Below are positions 1 through 11,787 of a DNA stretch of 64,000 nucleotides, piece by piece (positions within the stretch are counted from its first letter, which is position 1; each line of letters opens with the position of its first letter). Source of the DNA: Octopus vulgaris (lineage: Eukaryota); contig OX597843.1 of the NCBI GenBank assembly GCA_951406725.2, positions 19,282,001-19,346,000 on the forward strand, in the 5' to 3' direction. Position numbers and translations under genes: made by a program. The notes beneath the pieces are model-generated. The model saw only the letters and a program-made list of their open reading frames with translations, had not been told where the DNA came from and made no database searches.

Positions 1-845
1 AACGTTTCCAGTTTGGAGGTGATGAATTCCTCACCATGAGTCCTACACCCAACACACGTTTTTCAGATGATGGTTTTCCGGACCAGCGCCGTGTTCTTTG
101 ATGCTGCCCTCGTCAGTGAAGTGGACCTCGCTGAGAGCTGCTATGTCAATGAGAGAGTTCATGGGCTATGAGAGCCGAACGACGTTCCGGGTGGCTGCTG
201 TCAACCTTGTCAAGCATGGTCCTGACATCCCAGCAGGCAACTTTCAACTCCTGCTTACTTTTCTTCGATTTTGTTTCCATATTTGTTCGACCGCTCTGAA
301 GATGCCCGTTGACCGCGACTAGCCAACTGGGTATAGAGGAGACGAGTTTTGTTTAGGCGAACCTTTTCTACCGCCCCTTTCCATTTAAAGCAGGCAGTGC
401 TCTTCCTAAATAGGGCTGCCTGGTCGCTCAGGATGCTGCCGAGTGGCATCGTGGCCTCCGGGTCGACAACCAGGCGACCAAAGTCCTGAGCCACCTACAT
501 GTAGGATTAAGACTACGGCTTCCAGTGACATCTTCCACCTGCCGCTTTCGCCCCTTTCCCATTGCTGCAGGGCTTTTAGGATAGCTGGTCACAGAATGTG
601 TACATGTCCTTTGGCCTGCACTAGGGAGTTTTTTAAGGTGAAGTGCAGTGCGCGCAAACTGGCCCCACCCTTTAAGCACGAGGTTCATCTGCCATGGCCT
701 AGCGAGCTGGGAGATGACAGCGAGATCTTGGGCCGTAGGTTTGAAGATAACTCCGACTTCAAACCGACCGTAGATGTAGAAGCGTTTCTTATTAAGCGTA
801 AGATGTCTGTCTTAGTTAAAACTTTACTTTTTTCTGACTGAAGGA
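1..845 (-). mobile_element. RTE-clade LINE, 5' portion (5' UTR plus degenerate start of AP-endonuclease), continues off the window
   Basis: Minus strand 1-250 reads LKVACWDVRTMLDKVDSSHPERRSALIAHEL..IDIAALSEVHFTDEGSIKEHGAG..SGK, the typical RTE endonuclease N-terminus, with frameshifts. The upstream boundary is approximate. Confidence 0.75.
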
Positions 846-1039
846 GGGAAGAGGGAAGAAAAGCAACTGACAAAATTCCGTAGTATATTACTGTTACTTT
901 TGATATCAGCTGTGAAGGGAATGAGACAAGCTTTCAAGTGTGGGATGTGACAGGACACACACAGCTAAATAACAGATACCATTTAAACAAACCAAATGCA
1001 AAAGAAAGGAAACGACGGAGAAAGTAAGAAATTTTCTTT

Positions 1040-1200
1040 TCTACTCTAGGCACAAGGCCTGACATTTCGGGGGAGGGGTCCAGTCGATTAGATCAACCCC
1101 AGTACGCAACTGGTACTTAATTTATTAACCCCTGAAAGGATGAAAGGCAAAGTCAACCTCGGTGGAATCTGAACTCAGAACGTAAAGACAGAAGAAATGC
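1040..1200 (-). mobile_element. SINE fragment with Deu/Nin-like central domain
   Basis: Reverse complement of the GACTTTGCCTTTCATCCTTTC...AATTAAGTACCAG motif also seen at 18124, 42000 and 51500. Confidence 0.7.
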
Positions 1201-2418
1201 TGCTAATCAGTTAGAGGAGCTTTAATTAGGCAACAGCAGCATCGGGGCGTTCATTAGTTTGTAGCCATACAGTATGTAAGAATGTGTGAGTGGTTTATAC
1301 CCAACTGTATTACAGCTGAACTGACAAACAACACTACCGATTTCACCTGGAGGGAAGCACCTGCCATCACTAAAGGCCAGACGTTCACCCATCATTGAAA
1401 TAGATTGTGTAATGGTCATCAAGAAAGTAAAGGATGTTTTCCTGCATTTTACCATCTGTCAGCTCACTTCCCTCCCAAATTAAAGCCAAACATTCTGGTC
1501 TCTTACCAAGAATTAACTCCATAAATTTTGCAAAATCATTCTACCCATCACTCCATAACAATGATGACTATTCCAGCACTTCTTAAACATTTACAGCTAT
1601 GGCCCCTTTCCTTTTACTTACAATTTTTCAAAGACCTTTTCCCTGGTTATGATTCAGTGCCCCTTGTTTTAAATGTATATACACATATAATATCAGGTGA
1701 GAGTAATTTAGTTCTGGGTCCTAGCTTTGACATGGGTGAATATTTACCTCAGACCCACCACACAATAAGCGAACATTTGATGCATTTACTTTAGTTTCTG
1801 ATCTAACCTTTAGCACAAGGCTTCAGGTACATTCTTCGTGTTTCAAATATACATACCTCCACTGTTCCTTATGTCTCCAGTCTATATAAACGTTTTCAAC
1901 AGCCCCCACGCAGCAGTGGTACCACCCTCTAAAAGAAGCCCTACCGTATATTTCTGTAGACTATGTCTCAACTGCTGACAACCAGCCTGTCATTCTCACT
2001 TCCAGTATTTAAATTATGAAACAAACATTTATGGACAAATATCATCTTCATCCTTTTGGGTAGCTTCATTTATTCATTGAGCGCCAGTACAGCTCTATAA
2101 AGCTTGATGAGATGGGGACTTGATTCCTATGTGACACTCTCGTATTTCTACATCTTAGACAAAGAAATGGTTTGGCTTTTAACATCAGTAAAAGCTTCAA
2201 CCGTTTGTAGCAAGACAACATCTTGACAAAGTCACCACCCATTTATTGACTCTATTTGTCTTTCATCTCTTGGACTGACGATAATGAGGATCAGAGGGTA
2301 GTGGAGAAGAAAGAAAGGAAATATGGACAAATACTTGTGCTTAGTTAGGAACATTTAATATTGTGTATAAAAGGAACAAATAATTAATTTTGAGTAGGAA
2401 ATAAACAGAACAACTTAC

Positions 2419-2521
2419 TTCCTGTTTATTGTCTTTAACAAATTTTTTAATATGGTATTCATCACCGGATATAATTTTGCTCAAACTCTCATAATCTGCC
2501 ATGTCTCTTAAATGGGATTTA
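2419..2521 (-). CDS. Putative exon of an unidentified minus-strand gene, possibly containing the start codon (MADYESLSKIISGDEYHIKKFVKDNKQE)
   Basis: Polypyrimidine acceptor TTTCTTCTTTTGCTAG, donor GTAAGT, open frame, ATG at 2502-2500 in a GACATGG context, phase-0 end, unique sequence. Confidence 0.55.
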
Positions 2522-2723
2522 CTAGCAAAAGAAGAAACAAAGATAGACTTAGGAAAAACTTATAAAATGACGTGAACAACAATATACAGAGAAGTTTGAT
2601 GGTTCTAACATCTCACATAAAATATTACAAATATTGGAAGCTTCAATTTATAATATAATAATAATAATAATAATTGTGTACAGTGCTCAGGTGCACTACA
2701 ACTCATCTAAAGTGTATATATAA

Positions 2724-4650
2724 TCAGGTGTAGTTTCGACGGATTTCGGAAAGCATGAGGGCCTTAAAGGATGCAGTGTCATGGCAGTCAACAACTGATG
2801 CAGGCAGTTTATTCCACGCTTCAGCAACCCTGAGCGTGAAAAAATGTTTCCAAAAGTCATGGGAGCTGTATTGTTTTCTGACTTTGTAGGCATGTCCACG
2901 TGTGTTAGACACATGGAGATCAAAAAGGTGTTCAGTGTTGTTGTTGGTGAGGTGGTTGATAACTTTGTGGGTGTTTACCAAGTCCGTCGCCAAATGCCGG
3001 AGCTTCAGTGAATCCATGCCCAGGGAAACAAGGCGCTCAGAATATGGTAGGTGTCTGATGGAGGGTATGCGTTTGGTTGCACGTCTCTGGACAGATTCCA
3101 GGAGGTCAATGTTCTGTGCAAGATAGGGGTTCCAAACTGATGATGCGAATTCCAAGTGTGGTCGTACCATAGCTGTATACAGTTTTAAATAGATGGCTGG
3201 AGAGCGGCTAACAAAAGACCTGCTGAGTGATGCCAAGACACCCTCGGCCTTCCTGACAATCTTAGAGATATGCTTTGACCAACGCAAATCACTGCTGACA
3301 GTGATGCCTAGGTCACGCTCGCAAGAGGATTTCTTGATATCAGTGTTGTGGAGGGAGTATGTGAACGCAGGGTTTTTTCTCCCAAAATGCATGGTGGTAC
3401 ACTTGTCCACAGCCAGTTTCAGTTGCCAGTCTGTGATCCATTGCTGCATTGTGTCTAGGTCTGATTGCAGGAAAGAGTTGTAGACATCAGGATCTGTCCT
3501 CTTGATTTCAAGGTACAGCTTGATGTCATCTGCATATTTCAATACTGTGGCATTCTTTAAATTGGCATCTATGTCGTTAATGTATGCCACAAACAAGAGG
3601 GGACCAAGGACAGATCCCTGTGGTACACCCGATGACATCTCATATGGTGTAGAGTGCTGTCCTAGAACTGTAACTACCTCCTTTCGGCTGAGGATGAAGG
3701 ATTTCAACCAGTTAAAAAGGTCATCCCCCACACCCATTGCAGAGAGTTTCACCATAAGCCTTTTGTGTGGCACAGAGTTGAAAGCCTTAGCAAAGTCAAG
3801 GTAGACAACATCCACCCATGAGCCACTGTCAGTAATCTGAGTAATGTCCTCAAGGAACTCGACAAGCTGGTCACTGCAGCTGGAGTTAGGGACAAATCCA
3901 TATTGTGAGGGTCGGATGAGACTGTGAGAGCTCCAGAAGTTCCAGAGTGTTTCTCTGACACACGATTCCATCAGTTTTGCAATACAGCTAGTGAGACTGA
4001 CTGGGCGATAGTTGACAGGTGATGTGCGGTCGCCCTTTTTGAACAGAGGAATGACACTGGCAGTTTTCCACTGCTCCGGAGTAGCACCATTGTTGAGACA
4101 GTACTGGAAGAAAATAGAAAGCTGGTGTAAAAGGAAGTGCCTGCCACGTTTGAGAAGCAGGTATGTAACTCCATCGAGACCAGGGGAGGCATAGTTGCGC
4201 TTATTTTGAAGGTGACGTCGCAGCATTGCAGGTGTAAATTCCATAGTTGTTATGGAGTTTGCTGTTAGTGATGGTGAAGATGGTACATTTTGACTTTCAA
4301 CAGTGAATATGTTTGCATAGCACTCGGCAATGAGTTCTGCGCATTCCTTGGGGTCGTCAGTGATCTGGTTTGTGTGAGGGTTGCGAAGAGGGCCCACTGG
4401 AGAGTGAGGTCTCTGCTTTGAGTGCACATATTTCCAGAAAACCTTGCTGTCAGGATTGGCTGCTATGCACTGTTCAAATTCAAGCACTGCTTTTTTTGTC
4501 ACTTGCTTGAGATGGTTGGAGGATTTATTCCGCTTCTTCCTGTTGGTGTCTGATTTATGCAACCTGTATTCCCGTTCAGCAGTCCGACGTTCCCTCCTGG
4601 CAAGTCGGACCGCTGAAGTTTCCCAAATTGCCCTTTTGGGGCGGTTCTTC
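2724..4650 (-). CDS. LINE ORF2, reverse transcriptase part (after a 1-nt indel)
   Basis: Motifs NYRPVSLTS, YLDFAKAF, GVPQGSVLGPLLF, YADD, LYTAMVRPHLEF, TRGH, FFTLRVAEAWNKLP. Confidence 0.92.
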
Positions 4651-5547
4651 TTTTTTGTTTACGTGGCACTGATGCTGCACATGCTGCCCATATTGAGTCC
4701 AGGATACTCTGGAGTATAGTATTCACATCTCCAGAGTTGTAGAATTCATGCCAGTTTGGGTGCTGTAGTTCAGTGTGGTACAGGTTCCAATCTGCTCTCT
4801 TCCAATCGAAGGAAGCAGATTGGAGATGGTTCAGGTTTTTGTTGCCCGCAAGAGCCAGATTGGCGATGATCATAGCATGATCAGAGTCACCTAGAGGTTC
4901 CTCCGTTGTGCAATTGATAACTGCTTCAGGAGTTGTGGTGAAGAGCAGGTCCAAGGTGTTGTCGCCTCTTGTTGGAGAGGTGACTACTTGTGACCAGTTT
5001 GAGTCCAGCACAAGCTCAACAAAATCGTTTGCACTCTGTGGCCAATGGAAGGTCTCCCAATCGATCTCAGGATGATTGAAATCGCCTGCAATAAACACAT
5101 AAGTGGCTGTTTTCCTGGCAGCAGCTCGGAGGACATTGCAAAGCTGTGTGTCCCGATGGTAACTTGGGGGACGATAAACAACGCCAAGCAGGAGTGTTGA
5201 CATGGTCATACGCACGTCACAGAAAAAAACTTCTTCTTGTGATTCGTTCAAATCGGCACAAGGAATTACCAAAAAATTTGAACGAACGTAGACCATCACA
5301 CCACCACCACGGCGGTTAGTGCGGTCCTTACGGAAGAGGTTGTACCCCGTAATGTTGAAAACCCCATCACAGAGTAAGGAATGCGCCCATGTTTCCGTGA
5401 CAGTGATGAAGTCAGGGTCAACACTTCTGACGTAGGCGTTGAACAAATGTATTTTGTTGCATAAACTGCGAGCATTTAAGGACAACAATTTGTACCCTGC
5501 TCGCAGTTTATGATGGTGTGTAGAGGATGGCAGGTTGTTCTGGCTTA
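4651..5547 (-). CDS. LINE ORF2, AP-endonuclease part (no AUG before the first motif)
   Basis: Motifs LNARSL, VTETW, RKDR..RRGGGV, VYRPP, AGDFNHP, PTRGDNTLDL, LGDSDH; frame is open back to the ORF1 stop region. Confidence 0.9.
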
Positions 5548-6455
5548 GTTTCCCTGAGTTGCTGTAGTCTTTTTAGTTATTGTGGGTAGAGAGCACTCAG
5601 ACCAGCTGGTATCTCTCTTCCACGTTTCAGCAGTCTTGACAAATCTCCAGATTTGTCCATCTTCCCGAAGACTGAAGCTTTCCTGTAGAGCTGAGTTCCT
5701 ATTCAGGGAAGCCACTACACGTAGCTTCGGGCGTACATCGGACGGTAAGCCTGGGCGTGTTCGGAAGGTGGTCCGATTTTCCCGCCCAGCTTTAACTGAG
5801 GCCAGATGGTAAGAGGTTGCCTCAGTGGGGTCCGTAAAAGACAACTTGATGAGCCTAGGTTTTGGGCCAGGTCGTCCAAGGCGGATAGCACCCGTTGGGG
5901 GAACGCAGCCTAGGTCTTTGGCTGAGTTGGCAGCAAAAGCCTGAAGATCAGCCATGTCTTCTGGCACCCCAATGGCGATGACTTCATGGGTGGCAGAATC
6001 CGCGGTCTTAAATGCGACAAGAGGCACAGGTACAGGGAGGTTCTTTAGCAGAGCATTCCGATAAGACCCCTCATTGTGGAGTCCAACCTGAATGGTTGCT
6101 TTTATTCCTGCTACTTCCCCTTTTAAAGCACAGATCGATTGTTGCAGTTCTGCAAGAACCGCACTGGTCAATTGGTGTTGTTGTTGTTGCTGCTGTTGCT
6201 CTGGTTGTGGTTGATTTTGTTGTTGCTGTTGTTGTTGTTGATGTTGTTGTTGCTGCTGCTCTGGTTGTGGTTGATTTTGTTGTTGCTGCTGCTGCTGCTC
6301 TAGTTGTTGCTGCTGCTGTTGTTGTTGCAGCTGCTCTGGTTGTGGTTGATTTTGTTGTTGCTGCTGTTGCTGTTCCGCCTCCTCCACGGGAGTGGCAGGG
6401 GGAGACACAATCGTCGGTTGTGGAGGCACGCAGGCCTGACACTGAAAAGTCCAAG
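5545..6455 (-). CDS. LINE ORF1, 5'-truncated: end of PHD-like finger, Q/P-rich tract, coiled coil, RRM-like region
   Basis: WTFQCQAC, then poly-Q, ELQQSICALKGEV, VIAIGVPE, IRLGRPGPKPRLIKLSF, as in CR1/L2 ORF1s; ends QGN*. Confidence 0.8.
6172..6372 (-). repeat. CAA/CAG poly-glutamine repeat with higher-order QnNQPQPE unit inside LINE ORF1
   Basis: Direct reading; NQPQPE occurs three times between Q tracts. Confidence 0.9.
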
Positions 6456-7018
6456 ATTTAAGCTGAACCATCTTCCAGAGTCTAAAGTATTAATTACATC
6501 TGGATGTTCTTCCTGGCACTAATAAACCTAACAACAGTCATTGTGTTGTGTCTCTTGGTCAGCTACATTACTCTGCTTATTACAGTCTGATTGGTGACAA
6601 TTAAACCCTGAATATTGGAATGTACAGTCTGTTGGTCAGCCAGGTGGAGACACTGTTCATCTTGAGCTTGGGTTTGTGGATCTTACCTCAGCAAGATGGA
6701 GACAATGTATGTCGGGAGCTATAGATCTGTGGATCAAATCTCTGTTAGGTGGGGACACTGTTCATCTTGAGCAATGGACCATTCCTCAGAGAGCACATTT
6801 TGAGATATGGGTCTATTGATCATACCTAGTTATTCAATTTACTGTCTAGGCATCATAGGTTGTGTTTGATGAGAACCTACCTGGAGCTAATCAACAACAA
6901 ATTCCAACATCTCAAAGGTGATGGAAACAGTCATAAACAACCAAATTCTTTATCAATTTTGATATCATTTCCAACTCAGTGACCATCACCATAGTTCCAT
7001 ATATTCAAAACACACATA

Positions 7019-7421
7019 GGCGCAGGAGTGGCTGTGTGGTAAGTAGCTTGCTTACCAACCACATGGTTCCGGGTTCGGTCCCACTGCGTGGCACCTTGGG
7101 CAAGTGTCTTCTACTATAGTCTCAGGCAGACCAAAGCCTTGTGGGTGGATTTGGTAGACGGAAACTGAAAGAAGCCCGTCGTATATATGTATATATATAT
7201 GCGTGTGTGTGTTTGTGTGTCTGTGTTTGTCCTCCTAGCATTGCTTGACAACCGATGCTGGTGTGTTTATGTCCCCGTTACTTAGTGGTTCGGCAAAAGA
7301 GACCGATAAAATAAGTACTGGGCTTACAAAAGAATAAGTCCCGGGGTCAAGTTGCTCGATTAAAGGCGGTGCTCCAGCATGGCCGCAGTCAAATGACTGA
7401 AACAAGTAAAAGAGTAAAGAG
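7019..7421 (+). mobile_element. Abundant tRNA-derived SINE (family A), full length
   Basis: GGCGCAGGAGTGGCTGTGTGGTAAG A-box-like head, GGTTC..TCCC B-box, internal (AT)n/(GT)n, AGTAAAAG-repeat tail; many copies in the window. Confidence 0.85.
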
Positions 7422-7904
7422 TATATGTTTTTTGGTTATTTCTTGATAAGGTGTCAGGAAGCATCACCCAAAGATCATGTTTTTACAACATATCAGAAGA
7501 TGAGATTAATAAACATTTTAATTGATTACCTAAATTATTATGTTGTTAAAACATATTTTATAATGAAGGGTCTATAACACATTTATTTATAGAATGGATT
7601 AAGATAGAAAATACTTAATCCTTGAAGTAAACTTCAGACACAAGATTTACAACAATATTACAAAAAAAGTTCATATACACGTCTATATACGCACATGCAC
7701 AAGAAAAATTCAGAGTGAAAGGAAATATACAGAAAAATGTGTAAAAATACATAAGGCAATAAAAATATAAAAATACATCTCTATAAATATGTAAAAAAAA
7801 ATATGTAAAAAATATATAAAAAATATATATATAAAAAGTATAGAGACAAATGCTTCTACGTGGACACAATATAAAAAAACAGATTCTATCTTTGATCCTG
7901 GGGG

Positions 7905-8320
7905 ACCAAAAACGTAACAAATATTTAGCCATATATGGACATGATTCAAAATGTTCAGTTCTTGAATTTAGACATGTAGCTGCTTTTCCAGATGAGCCAT
8001 CTTTCCATATCACAAAGACCACACTTGGTGTAAGGCTTACACTTGGCTAAGATCTTCCAATAGATGTTATAACTGACACTTGTTCTTTTAAGGTCCATAT
8101 ATGACTGGATAATTTGGTGTTTTTCCTTTTATTCCAATGCCTGAAGCTCAAGGTGTGATTGTTGAACATGGCCTTAAAATTCCCCTCTGTTCATGCAGGG
8201 ATAAAAATTTGTGCCCTCTAAATGGAGTTTGGATGACCGAGACCATCATTTATGAAGCCACTGTAGACTCTACAACTACTATGGACACAGTTTCAACAAA
8301 GAAATATGTAGGCCTTCCCA
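7905..8320. mobile_element. Penelope-like element GIY-YIG endonuclease remnant with internal inversion
   Basis: Plus 8180-8320: CSCRDKNLCPLNG..IIYEATV..YVGL. Minus 8175-7905: FKAMFNNHTLSFRH..TKLSSHIWTLKE..WKILAKCKPY..CGLC..LNSRTE. Confidence 0.75.
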
Positions 8321-8345
8321 GTGCAAATACTCCACGATTCAAAGG

Positions 8346-8569
8346 CAAGGACAAGACACAAGGACAAGGCACAAGGACAAGACGCAAGGACAAGACGCAA
8401 GGACAAGACGCAAGGACAAGACGCAAGGACAAGACGCAAGGACAAGACGCAAGGACAAGACGCAAGGACAAGACGCAAGGACAAGACGCAAGGACAAGAC
8501 GCAAGGACAAGACGCAAGGACAAGACGCAAGGACAAGACGCAAGGACAAGACGCAAGGACAAGACGCAA
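8346..8569 (+). repeat. 13-bp minisatellite (CAAGGACAAGACG) x ~17
   Basis: Direct reading. Confidence 0.95.
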
Positions 8570-9047
8570 CTTCATTGAGACAGTCCTTCCAGCAAAGCAA
8601 ATTAAATAAAATTTGGGATTTTTTGCAGGGGGTGAAAGTGGTAACAAGAACAGGACAGTGAGAACAAAACAGGAAAAAAACAATAAAAAAGTAAAAGCAG
8701 TAACAAAAAAGTTGCTTTGCGGTAAGTCTCGTCTTGTCCCTGCCTTCAACAGGTGGAGGAATTGAAACAGGGACAACTGATGAAGGGGAAAATCCTTTGT
8801 GTTGTAAGTCTCGTTTCTCTTTGTTTGGGTTTTTTTATTGTTCGAAAAAAGTTTGTTTCTATGTTTTTCTTTTTCATTGTGTTCAACGTTTTTTGATGTC
8901 CTGTACCTATATATGCATGTATATATACATATATATGTACGTATATACATATATGTATGTATATATGCATATATTTATATTATTATATGATCGAACGCCA
9001 CGTGTCCTTTTCCAAGTAAGTTTTATCTATCTATCTATATATATATA

Positions 9048-10699
9048 TCATCATCATCATCATCATCATCATTTAGCGTCCGCTTTCCATGCTGGCATGG
9101 GTTGGATGGTTCAACTGGGGTCTGGGAAACCAGAAGGCTGCACCAGTCCCAGTCTGATCTGGAAATGATTCTACGGCTGGATGCCCTTCCTAACGCCAAC
9201 CACTCTGTAAGTGTAGTGGGTGTTTTTTACATGCCAGATGAGGCTGGCAACGGCTACAATCGGATGGTGCTTTTTACATGCCACCGGCACGGAGGCCAGT
9301 CGGGGCGGCACTGGCAATGGCCATGTTCGGATGGTTCACTTATGTGCCACCGTCACTGGTATCACAGCTGCAATTTCCACTGATGCTGATCGATTCTGAT
9401 TCTCACTTGCCTCAACAGGTCTTCACAAGTAGAGTTTTGTGTCCCAAGAAGGAAAGGTATGCATAAGTGGACTGGCTACATCCCAGGTAGAGGCCATGGG
9501 TTATGGTCTCACTTGTCCTGCTGGGTCTTCTCACGCACAGCATACTTCCAAAGGTCTTGGTCTCTGGTCATTTCCTTGGTGAGACCTAAAGTTCGAAGGT
9601 CGTGCTTCACCACCTCGTCCCAGGTTTTCCTGGGTCTGCCTCTTCCACAGATTCCCTCAACTGCCAGGGTGTGGCACTTTTTCACACAACTATCTTCATC
9701 CATTCTCGCCACATGACCATACCAGTGCAAACATCTCTCTTGCACACCACATCTGATGCTTCTTAGGTCCAGCTATTCTCTCAAGGTACTTACACTCTGT
9801 CGAATATGAACACTGACATTACACATCCATCGGAGCATACTGGCTTCATTTCTTGCGAGCTTACACATGTCCTCAGCAGTCACGGCCCATGTTTCACTGC
9901 CATGTAGCATGGCTGTTCGTACACATGCATCATACAGTCTGCCTTTTACCCTGAGTGAGAGGCCTTTTGTCACCAGAAGAGGTAAGAGCTCTCTAAACTT
10001 TGCCCAGGCTATTCTTACTCTAGCAGTTACACTTTCAGCACACCCGCCCCTGCTACTGACTTTGTCACCTAGGTAACGGAAGCTATCAACTATTTCTAGT
10101 TTTTCTCCCTGGAATGTGGCGGAAGTTGGTCTCTGAGCATTTTCAGTGTTTATTGCTCCTGAGCATCTGCCACATACAAAAACTATCTTCCCAGTTAGCC
10201 TTCCTTTGACATTGCTGCACCTCTTATGTGTCCATAGCTTACACTTGGTGCATCTTATAGAGTTTCTACCTACGCCTTTTCTATAGATCGAGCAGGGCCA
10301 TCTACCTGATGGCGTTTGTGATTTGTCTACCTTCCTACTTATTAGGACTTTGGTTTTAGCTAGGTTGACTCTAAGGCCCTTCGATTCTAATCCTTGCTTC
10401 CACACCTGAAACTTCTCCTCCAGTACCGATAGTGACTCAGCAATTAGAGCAAAGTCATCAGCGTAGAGGAGCTCCCAGGGGCATCCTGTCTTGAATTCCT
10501 CCGTTATTGCCTGGAGGACTATGATAAATAGGAGGGGGCTGAGGACTGAACCTTAGTGGACTCCTACCTCTACCCGGAATTCTTCACTGTACTCGTTGCC
10601 AACCCTCACTAGCCATTCATTTATCCCTAGTTTCCTCATTGACCACCAGATAAGGGGTCGGGGGACCCTGTCGAAGGCTATCTCCATGTCAACGAAAGC

Positions 10700-10700
<1 letters not shown>
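9048..10700 (-). mobile_element. RTE-type LINE 3' fragment (RT C-terminus, cysteine motif, 3' UTR, (GAT)n tail)
   Basis: FVDMEIAFDRVPR, LLYADD region, FRYLGD, MLHGSETW, RGRPRKTW; internal deletions and stops. Confidence 0.85.
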
Positions 10701-10735
<35 letters not shown>

Positions 10736-10770
10736 TTTTGGGAACCACTTCACATTGCCAACGGTGGTTG

Positions 10771-10815
10771 TCACACGCTGATGACGGGTCAATACCCGAA
10801 AACCCAGGTCCGTGA
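10771..10815 (+). ncRNA. Minimal type I hammerhead-like motif (degenerate)
   Basis: CACG-CTGATGA-C-GGGT(CAAT)ACCC-GAAA-ACCCAG-GTC-CGTG. Confidence 0.5.
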
Positions 10816-11012
10816 TGGAAAGGATGACTTCCTTTGCAAATACTGATAGGGCACAGAAAGTGTGTCAGTAGCCAACTGGAGGAGATGTCTTCCTGGGGCT
10901 ACAAGCTACAATAGCATCAACTCTTAAGGGTTAGCTACATTTAGGTCGCAAACATACTTCACGGTGTTGTGCAGCTACTGTTTATACCTCATTCAGAGAT
11001 TTTATTATTGCT

Positions 11013-11059
<47 letters not shown>

Positions 11060-11129
11060 ATAATATTAGGGAGTATAAGTCCAAACTTACAGGGAAAACT
11101 TCCTGGTGAAGCAGGACCTTCGGACATTT

Positions 11130-11787
11130 GGACTGAGACATTTGGAGATATGCTGTGCTTGAGATGACTCGGCAAGCCAAGTGAGTCCCTACCCGTGGCC
11201 TATGCCTTTGTCGCATAACCGAGACCTTTAAAAGTACCCTTCAATCATTGGGCAATAAACTGTGCTTGAGGAGAACTGTTGAGCGAAGCGAAATCATTGT
11301 CGCGGCTGATACTAATAACGCCTGATGGGCTCCCGTGCCGGTGGCAAGTAAAAAGTACCATTCGAGTGTGGTCATTGTCAGTGCCACCTGACTGGCTCTT
11401 ATGCCAGTGGCACATAAAGAGCACCATTCTAGCATGGTTGATGCCAGTGCCGCCTGACTGGCCCTCGTGCTGGGGGCACGTAAAAAGTACCATTCGAGTG
11501 TGGTCATTGTCAGTGCCGCCTGACTGGCTCTTATGCCAGTGGCACATAAAGAGCACCATTCTAGCATGGTTGATGCCAGTGCCGCCTGACTGGCCCTCGT
11601 GCTGCTGGCACGTAAAAAGCACCCACTACACTCTCGGAGTGGTTGGCGTTAGGAAGGGCATCCAGCCGTAGAAACCTTGCCAGATCAGATTGGCGAATGG
11701 TACAGCCTTCTGTCTTGCCAGTCTTCAGTCAAACCGTCCAACCCATGCCAGCCTGAAAAGCGGACATTAAACGATTCTGATGATGAT
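11130..11787 (+). mobile_element. LINE 3'-UTR fragment (RTE-related) with 132-bp tandem duplication
   Basis: Ends with the same CCAACCCATGCCAGC...GATGATGAT terminus as the RTE copies; repeat period 132 bp (11348 vs 11480). Confidence 0.7.

Larger units (their letters stand above)
2651..6455 (-). mobile_element. CR1/L2-group non-LTR retrotransposon, 5'-truncated within ORF1, nearly intact
   Basis: ORF1 remnant plus APE-RT ORF2; (TTA)n 3' tail at ~2651-2674; candidate 5-bp TSD ATTTA at 2646-2650 and 6456-6460. Confidence 0.9.

Noticed and set aside
1260-2220. Possible ancient retroelement coding remnant
   Set aside because: Too decayed to assign motifs or boundaries reliably by eye
4645-4660. 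Second programmed frameshift inside ORF2
   Set aside because: The A-run is not an in-register X_XXY_YYZ heptamer; a 1-nt homopolymer deletion or assembly error is simpler
6456-6471. ORF-track start MVQLK for LINE ORF1
   Set aside because: It lies outside the candidate TSD; the element appears 5'-truncated inside the PHD-like finger
6689-6727. Possible 39-nt minus-strand exon (CACAG...GAG|GTAAGA)
   Set aside because: Only splice-like signals, in locally duplicated sequence; no independent support
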